From NCBI GenBank assembly GCA_024704765.1, contig JAKMXF010000335.1:186001-250000 (forward strand): DNA of 64,000 nucleotides, read 5' to 3'. The position numbers and the translations under genes were made by a program. Below the pieces are notes generated by a model. That model did no database searches. It worked only from the letters and a program-made list of their open reading frames with translations, and had not been told where the DNA came from. Every line of letters begins with the position of its first letter. Position 1 is the first letter of the stretch. Below are positions 53,644 to 64,000 of the stretch, in pieces. This stretch comes from Oopsacas minuta (lineage: Eukaryota > Animalia > Porifera).

Positions 53644-56079
53644 ATGGCAACTGTCTCTCCAGACGAATCTCCAACCCAAATTATTGGAGAAAATGGTGAA
53701 GTGGCACGTGATGAGACTGTTACGAAACAGGAACCAACCGAAAATAAATTAAATTCCAATGAATCCAATGGGTCTCCAACTCAAACACCTGTTGAAACTG
53801 AACCAGTTCCAAAACCCAAGTTGACTGCAGAAGAATACCTCGAAAAACACAAAATTAACATTCTTTTCGAAGAATTAATCTTTCGTACTCTAGATGGTAC
53901 ACCTGAAAATCCATTGAAATTCCTTCTCACCAATTTGGAAGCTATGGACAAGGACAATTGGGTACCAGGATATTCACAGGAAGAGAAAGCGAATGCTGTT
54001 TCGAAAATATTTAAGAGCCATGAAGCTGACAAATCGGCAGGCCCTAAATCCATCGGGGGAGCGACACGTCCAGGTCCTGCTGGGAGAGGTTCCCCTGCAA
54101 AGACTAGTGCGACTACAACGAGGCCTGTTGGAGGGAGAGCTCCTACAGTCCGACCATCCCCGGCTAGCAAAACAGTGTCTTCACCCCCGAAAGTGGGGAT
54201 ATCCACTGGCCGTGTTACCAATCCTAGGACAGGTGTAAAAACAACTGCCACTCCAGTTGTAAAAACAACTGCTACGCCAGTCGTAAAAACAACTGCTACG
54301 CCAGTCGCAAAAACAACTGCTACGCCAGTCGTAAAAACAACTACTACGCCAGTTAAAACAGCCACAAATACAACCAATCGAAATACTAATTCAAATCCAG
54401 TAAAAACTGCCCCCGCGAAGACCGGTATAACCGGTGGAGCTGTGAAGACCGGTTCATCTACGTCACTAGCAAGTTCCACATCTAAAACTTCAATCACGAA
54501 AACTTCTTCTCCAGGATCTGCCTCAAAAGTAACTAACCCGAGAACTGCCACCGGACCGAAAACATCTGTCGGCGCTAAAACCGGCACAACAGGTGTGAGA
54601 ACCGCCACGGTCGGTACCGGTACTAAAACCGGTACTAATACTTCTGTTACAAAGACCGGGGGCGCTGCCAAAACAACTGCTACACCTAGGACTACTGTAA
54701 GACTTACTGCAACAACTGGTAGAACTCCCGCGGGGAAAACCAGCGCCGCAACGAAGACGCCAACCGGTACAGCAGGCAGGACACTCGGCACTGGCACAAG
54801 AGCTGGAGCCGGTAGAAATACTACCAAGACAGCAGCTGCTACTCCAACTAAAGGAAAGCAAGATACAGCTACTAAAACGGAAGAAATCGGGAAATATGCC
54901 GAACCGGATCCTGAACCGAAACCTCCGACACCGGTTGAGGAACCTAAAGTACCAACACCTGAGGAGCCGAAACAACCAATAGATGACGGTATGTGTTCTA
55001 AGATAAAGGGGGGTGATGAACCGGAACCGGAAGCATTAGATCATGAGGATCAGCTGGCCTTAGATGACGCGGTTCATTTATCTGATGATGAGAATATACA
55101 TGTGGCAGAAAAGACACCATCTGACAATGAATCCGACAAATTCCCGCTCAAAGATCTGCCACAAGTCACAGAACAAATTGACAGTTCAGCTGATAAATAT
55201 ATGACGTCAGAAAATTACGCAGATGACCTACAAGCCATTGAGAATGAAGCGGAACAGCTGAATCAAGGTGATACTTTAGAGGAATTTATTGATGAAGGAA
55301 TTGAAGTTAAAGATGATTACACTTCTGGATCTGATCCTAGTTTCCGGTTACGAATAGCTGATGAGATCGATAATCCAGTGAATAGTATACCTACTATGCC
55401 TCAGTCAATGGGGAGTCAATTGGGAGATTATACAGCAGTACAGACAGGTGAAAATACTCAAATTACCCCTGAGCCTCTTGTAGATGTTGAAGAAAATGTT
55501 GTTGAGGATGAATCGAAGAAAGAGAAAGCTCAAGAACCACCCCAAGATATCCAACCTTTAGTAAGTGAAGAAGTTATTATTACTGAATCTAAGAAAGATT
55601 CACCGCTTGAAAAACCGAAAGACTTTCAACCGTTAGTCCCGACTGATGATCTAATAGGTCAGACAGTAACTGATCCGATACAAGAGCAAACAACTGGACA
55701 CAAATTCTCTGGGGATTTGGGTATTAATATGAATGAGAAATCTACTAGTTTACATGAACCTGCGAAAGATGAGGAAATAAGTACTACAGTCGATCTGTTA
55801 GGAATCAATCCAGGCCCTGCCCAGGAGGCTACCACGGAGCCGGATACGAAACAGGTTAGCTCTCCCTCACCAATCATAGATCTCGGTGACTTAATCACGG
55901 TAAAAACAGCTGAACAACAACCTAATCCTATTATTAACGATGTACAACCTCCTACTCCTGAAGAACAGATAGCCCAACCACTCCAAACCAAAAGTGATGC
56001 TCCACCGGCCCCCTCCCCAGATCAAGGAGACCCCCTCACCCAGATCGAGCCCCCGGCTAACACCGAGGACGCTAACTAA
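53644..56079 (+). CDS. 811-aa single-exon protein: RIIa/Dpy-30-like dimerisation-docking domain, then Thr/Lys/Pro/Gly-rich and acidic low-complexity regions
   Basis: 2.4-kb ORF in AT-rich DNA; AEEYLEKHKINILFEELIFRTLDGTPENPLKFLLTNL fits the YL..H.I..LFE.L......PE.P..FL pattern of RIIa-type D/D domains. Confidence 0.75.
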   Translation: MATVSPDESPTQIIGENGEVARDETVTKQEPTENKLNSNESNGSPTQTPVETEPVPKPKLTAEEYLEKHKINILFEELIFRTLDGTPENPLKFLLTNLEAMDKDNWVPGYSQEEKANAVSKIFKSHEADKSAGPKSIGGATRPGPAGRGSPAKTSATTTRPVGGRAPTVRPSPASKTVSSPPKVGISTGRVTNPRTGVKTTATPVVKTTATPVVKTTATPVAKTTATPVVKTTTTPVKTATNTTNRNTNSNPVKTAPAKTGITGGAVKTGSSTSLASSTSKTSITKTSSPGSASKVTNPRTATGPKTSVGAKTGTTGVRTATVGTGTKTGTNTSVTKTGGAAKTTATPRTTVRLTATTGRTPAGKTSAATKTPTGTAGRTLGTGTRAGAGRNTTKTAAATPTKGKQDTATKTEEIGKYAEPDPEPKPPTPVEEPKVPTPEEPKQPIDDGMCSKIKGGDEPEPEALDHEDQLALDDAVHLSDDENIHVAEKTPSDNESDKFPLKDLPQVTEQIDSSADKYMTSENYADDLQAIENEAEQLNQGDTLEEFIDEGIEVKDDYTSGSDPSFRLRIADEIDNPVNSIPTMPQSMGSQLGDYTAVQTGENTQITPEPLVDVEENVVEDESKKEKAQEPPQDIQPLVSEEVIITESKKDSPLEKPKDFQPLVPTDDLIGQTVTDPIQEQTTGHKFSGDLGINMNEKSTSLHEPAKDEEISTTVDLLGINPGPAQEATTEPDTKQVSSPSPIIDLGDLITVKTAEQQPNPIINDVQPPTPEEQIAQPLQTKSDAPPAPSPDQGDPLTQIEPPANTEDAN
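54235..54354 (+). repeat. Coding 24-bp tandem repeat x5 (VKTTATPV-like) in the 811-aa ORF
   Basis: gtaaaaacaactgc[c/t]ac[t/g]ccagt[t/c] units. Confidence 0.93.
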
Positions 56080-59000
56080 TCAACTACACAGCCTCCCTTC
56101 GGCTTGTTATTCTATGAATTGATTAGTTTGTTAATTGTATTGAATTCCCTACCATTAGTTTGTATGTAGATAGACAGATCCTGTCTATTCTACTTTATAG
56201 TTTAGATCTGCTCTGTATATTATTAGACTTACTAAGTGTTGTATTTATAGTGAGATTGTAGTATTATCTTAAAAAATAAATAAATGGATCAATTTCTTTC
56301 ATTTCATTTCTTTGGATACGGTCAGGGTGAAATATTTTTCGACCTGTGCCCTGGGGTATATTGGGGGGAACGGGGGAGCACCGTTCCCTTACTTTAAATT
56401 CGAGAGAGAACGCGAACGAGCTTTATGCAAATACTTGGCATTATTAAACTATACTTTTCAGTTTAGAAATTAGAGTTCAACATTATAGTCAACATATTAT
56501 CCAATTTTTGCATAAGTATCGTTCACATGGGGAAATGCTTATATTCCTTCGATTTTCAGCTAAAAAGTACTAGATGAAGTAAATATTGAGTGTACGTATG
56601 TGAGAAGGAGGTATCAGTGTATATATACATAATACATACATATTTTGGTTAATTAAATGTGAGGAAATGGAATTTTCCATACACCATTACATATGTTAAT
56701 TACCATCAAACACAAGCACACACAGGTGGGCGACAAAACCATTGTTACAATGGTAAATTGCTTTGTAGTGCTTACGCGGATTTGTCTGTGAATAATTAAT
56801 GCATCGCTTAATACATTCATTTATCATACGATCCGTGTGGATTACATATCAATGTGTATTAATGCATTTACAATTCAATACAATTCAGGTTGGAAATTGG
56901 ATCTGCTTGTAAATGCGACCACATAATACTTAGGTCTATCTGTACTATGTACTCATTCTATCTGTTTAAAACACTGTTGTAGCAGTAGAGATGAGGAATT
57001 GAGAGAATTGATACTTTTTGGATAATTAGCGGTGAGTTTTGTAATTCAAATCTTTTTTATTTGCAAATACCAAAATTCTGTCCAATTGAGTATGTGTATA
57101 AATATTGCTATTTCAATTCAAAGAAATCTAATAGAAGCACTAAACATCGGTCTCTGACCCCTTGGCGGTTCAGGGATGACAGCAGGGGGTACACAGGATC
57201 TCAAATTTGTAATTCAGTCAATGGGATGAGGATCACATATTGTGTTAAATTGGTATAGGGTTTCATGGGTAAAAAAGTGCTGCACTTGAATATCAACAAT
57301 TTGGTATTTTAACAATAAATATACAAGTAAAAGAACGTCAAAATTCGTCATTATGAGAAGTGAACTTAGCTATTATAATTAAGAATTCGGAATCCTGTCT
57401 CCCTTGGCTACAGTTTAACTGCCTTCAAGGTCATCGAATTTATTACGTCCAACACCTTATTTGTCATTTGAATGGTTAATTCTTAAATATCATTATATCG
57501 CTTCTTACAAACTCATCAGTAGTACTCTAAAGGTTAGAGGCCTTAGATCAGCCAATATTTATACGTTTTGAGAATGACCATAAATCCTTGAAGCCATTTT
57601 TCCCCTTTTTCCTCGGCTGCCATAATATAGTAACTGCATAGGCTCTATATCTGTAAGGAATTGAGAAATTAGAATCTTGGTAATGAACTTTATCTAGGTT
57701 CATAATTGATTGTTATGTATCGGTTTAGTGCGAGCTATAAAGTTAATTCGTTTAGTTCTTATTGTTATTTTAATTGTTTGTTTATTGTTAGTATTTCTGT
57801 AGATTTCTTTCTTAAATAACTTCATTCAAATACAGTGAGTTTATATACGTTATATTTACTGTCGATGTATTCTTTACAGTGATGTTCGCCTATTAGCAAG
57901 ATTTTCAGGGGAAGAGTCAATTTTGTGTTGGAAAAAGTTCCTCTAATAGCAAGTACGCGTATTAGAAAGGGAAAATACTACTCGCTAATAGGTGAACTTC
58001 CCTGGATTTTAGAAGTCAATACAATGGAATAATTGTTTGCGAGTAGTATAATGGAAAGATCTTTTCGTAATCAAGTTCAATTTCCTGGCTCAAATATTTC
58101 CCAAACTGACCTAGCGTTTAGCTGGGAGATAGACATGATGATCTGTCCTATTCTATTCGTAACGTATATAATGAAAGTTCGATCTAATAGCTAATCTTTC
58201 TTAATATTATCACCATAACATGTGTCAACATAATCATTAATGCCCTCAACATCATGTGATTATTGTGTAATCATATCGCTATAGTATTTGATAAGCTGCT
58301 CACAACCATTTCACTCATGTATCCCTATACCAATTTTAACACATTCTGTTGACCCCATCCATAGACTGCAATACTATTTTGGGATCTTGGAATTACGCCA
58401 ATAGTATAATCAACGGCCAAAAACATATTTTATCGCTCATTTCGGAATGCTTGTTTGATACTAAGAACAATAGAGAGAGTATTTACATACAATTACACGT
58501 CTATACTGTATCCAAACTGGCCTCTAATAATCGCCATGTGGTCTATGAATTAATAACGAAGCGGTTAATACGCATTAGAATACATTTATCTGATAACTTT
58601 TGCACCTATTAAAAACACTGTAGGCTTTCTAACACAAATGTATGGGTATTATGAATATACATTATCAGGCCATTGTAATTACTTACATGTGAAGAAACGC
58701 AGCGATATAAATATGAGATTATTTGAGGAGTATTTTAACTGGAATGGCGACTTATCAAAAGAGATGGTGTAGAATATTCTGGAAAAAACCTAGTTTTCGT
58801 CGGAAGAAAATAGAACCATTCTACACAACTGGATATATTATACCGGAAACTTACAGAAAAGCTGGTTAGAATTATTGACAATTCGAATCACGATAAATTC
58901 CCTAAACATATGATGCCACTTAAAACACCCTTAAACATCTAGAGCAGCGTGGGGTTTATTGACCCATTGGTGGTCCACCGACGACAGCAGGGGTTCACAG

Positions 59001-59713
59001 GATCTCGAAATTTGTATTGCAGTCTATGGGAGGTGTCCACAGAATATGTGAAAATTTATAATTTGGATCCTATTGTGAAAAGGTTAGGAACCGCGAATCA
59101 AGAGTGCAGCTAAACCGAAAATATACATGTTAACCTATTCTGCGAATCCTCTGAGAAATGGTAAATATATGAATTCTAATGTCGTTTTAGAATATTGCGA
59201 ATATGGATCACATTCACCTTTATTTTCAAGTTCTTTCTTCATTATCTATTCAGACTACAGTTGCCGTTATTGTCACTAATTGAGAGACAAGCGAATTAAC
59301 TGCTTTTAAGCTGTTTTAAGGTCGAATTAACTTAACGCGAGATATACTCGAATTCTTATAATTCTATTATGAATCCGAAATATAGATATCATAAAATGAA
59401 TGGGCTATGGGCTTATTCGAATTTATCTCTTCAAACTTGTTTGTATTTACCTGAATTTTTGGTATGGATGTGTCAGTGTTTGGTGGGTAATCAGGCTAAT
59501 AATAGTATTCATGGATTCACAATTACTTTAAGCAACATCCTTCTTGTTCGCCGAGCATGGCGATTACTCAAAGGGGTAAATATTCGAGGTTTTACGATAT
59601 ATTTCGCAATTGGAAAGAACTTCCCATCTGAGCTTCAACAAAAATATTGATCTTTAAGTTTGTAGTGAGCCTTGTTTCTGACTTTGCCACGGTTAAGTGG
59701 AATCTACTGTATG

Positions 59714-59795
59714 CAGTGGCGGTCCCAGGGGGAGGCGCCAACGGGGCAATTGCCCCGCCTTGCCTCGGCTATGCAATATCCTGGGACCGCCCCTG
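59714..59795. mobile_element. 82-bp hAT-type MITE with a perfect 8-bp target-site duplication
   Basis: actgtatg|cagtggcggtcccagg ... cctgggaccgcccctg|actgtatg; 16-bp TIR with one mismatch. Confidence 0.9.
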
Positions 59796-60024
59796 ACTGT
59801 ATGTATATTTACGGTAAATATAGTCATTACAAATTTAAGGAATTTTAATATTATCTTCTTGGTTAATAACTGTTTCGTTAACTATCTTACGTAATTAAAG
59901 CGAGGCATATAGGTTCATGTACTTTCGTATGATTAAAATTTTGCTAATATTTTGATAATTTATGATAATAGTAGAGTATTATGTGTATTTTAAGCAAGAT
60001 ATTCAGAGTTCTAAAATATAGATT

Positions 60025-60061
60025 TGTTTGTTTGTTTGTTTGTTTGTTTGTTTGTTTGTTT
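60025..60061 (+). repeat. (GTTT)n microsatellite about 30 bp upstream of the RSK start codon
   Basis: Directly visible; an (AAAC)n tract also lies at about 13348-13390. Confidence 0.95.
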
Positions 60062-60089
60062 ACACAATTTGTGTTGTTTAGAACCAACC

Positions 60090-64000
<3,911 letters not shown>

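Noticed and set aside
53781-54827. 348-aa minus-strand Val/Ala/Pro-rich ORF
   Set aside because: Antisense shadow of the Thr/Lys-rich repeat region of the 811-aa gene; no independent motif.
52690-59650. Alternative genetic code as an explanation for stop-interrupted frames
   Set aside because: All recognisable genes translate without internal stops in the standard code and use TAA, TAG and TGA as terminators.

Overview
AT-rich, compact, intron-containing animal genomic DNA. The organism cannot be fixed from sequence alone; gene content and density suggest a small-genome invertebrate. Thirteen protein-coding genes can be assembled by hand, in order: XRCC2-like (+, intronless), tweety/TTYH (+), cathepsin B-like protease (-), AGO-clade Argonaute (-), an 8-exon gene the ORF track largely misses (+), a DOK-like PH-PTB adaptor (+), cGMP-dependent protein kinase (-), RPL13A (+), CCDC39 (+), an MFS sugar porter (+), NDUFS6 (+), an 811-aa protein with an RIIa/Dpy-30-like docking domain and Thr/Lys/Pro repeats (+), and the 5' part of an RSK kinase (+, runs off the window). 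The 8-exon gene joins an HDX-like atypical homeodomain to a TFII-I-like N-terminal domain and one GTF2I-like repeat. Introns and intergenic DNA carry at least eight families of short non-autonomous DNA transposons (TA-flanked Tc1/mariner-pogo-type and 8-bp-TSD hAT-type MITEs); no autonomous transposase was seen. Main leads: (1) the homeodomain/TFII-I fusion protein, (2) a strong one-strand orientation bias of one MITE family and its clustering in Argonaute introns, (3) splice-acceptor-like sites just before many start codons in a tightly packed co-oriented gene run. All protein family assignments are from remembered family motifs compared by eye, not from database searches.
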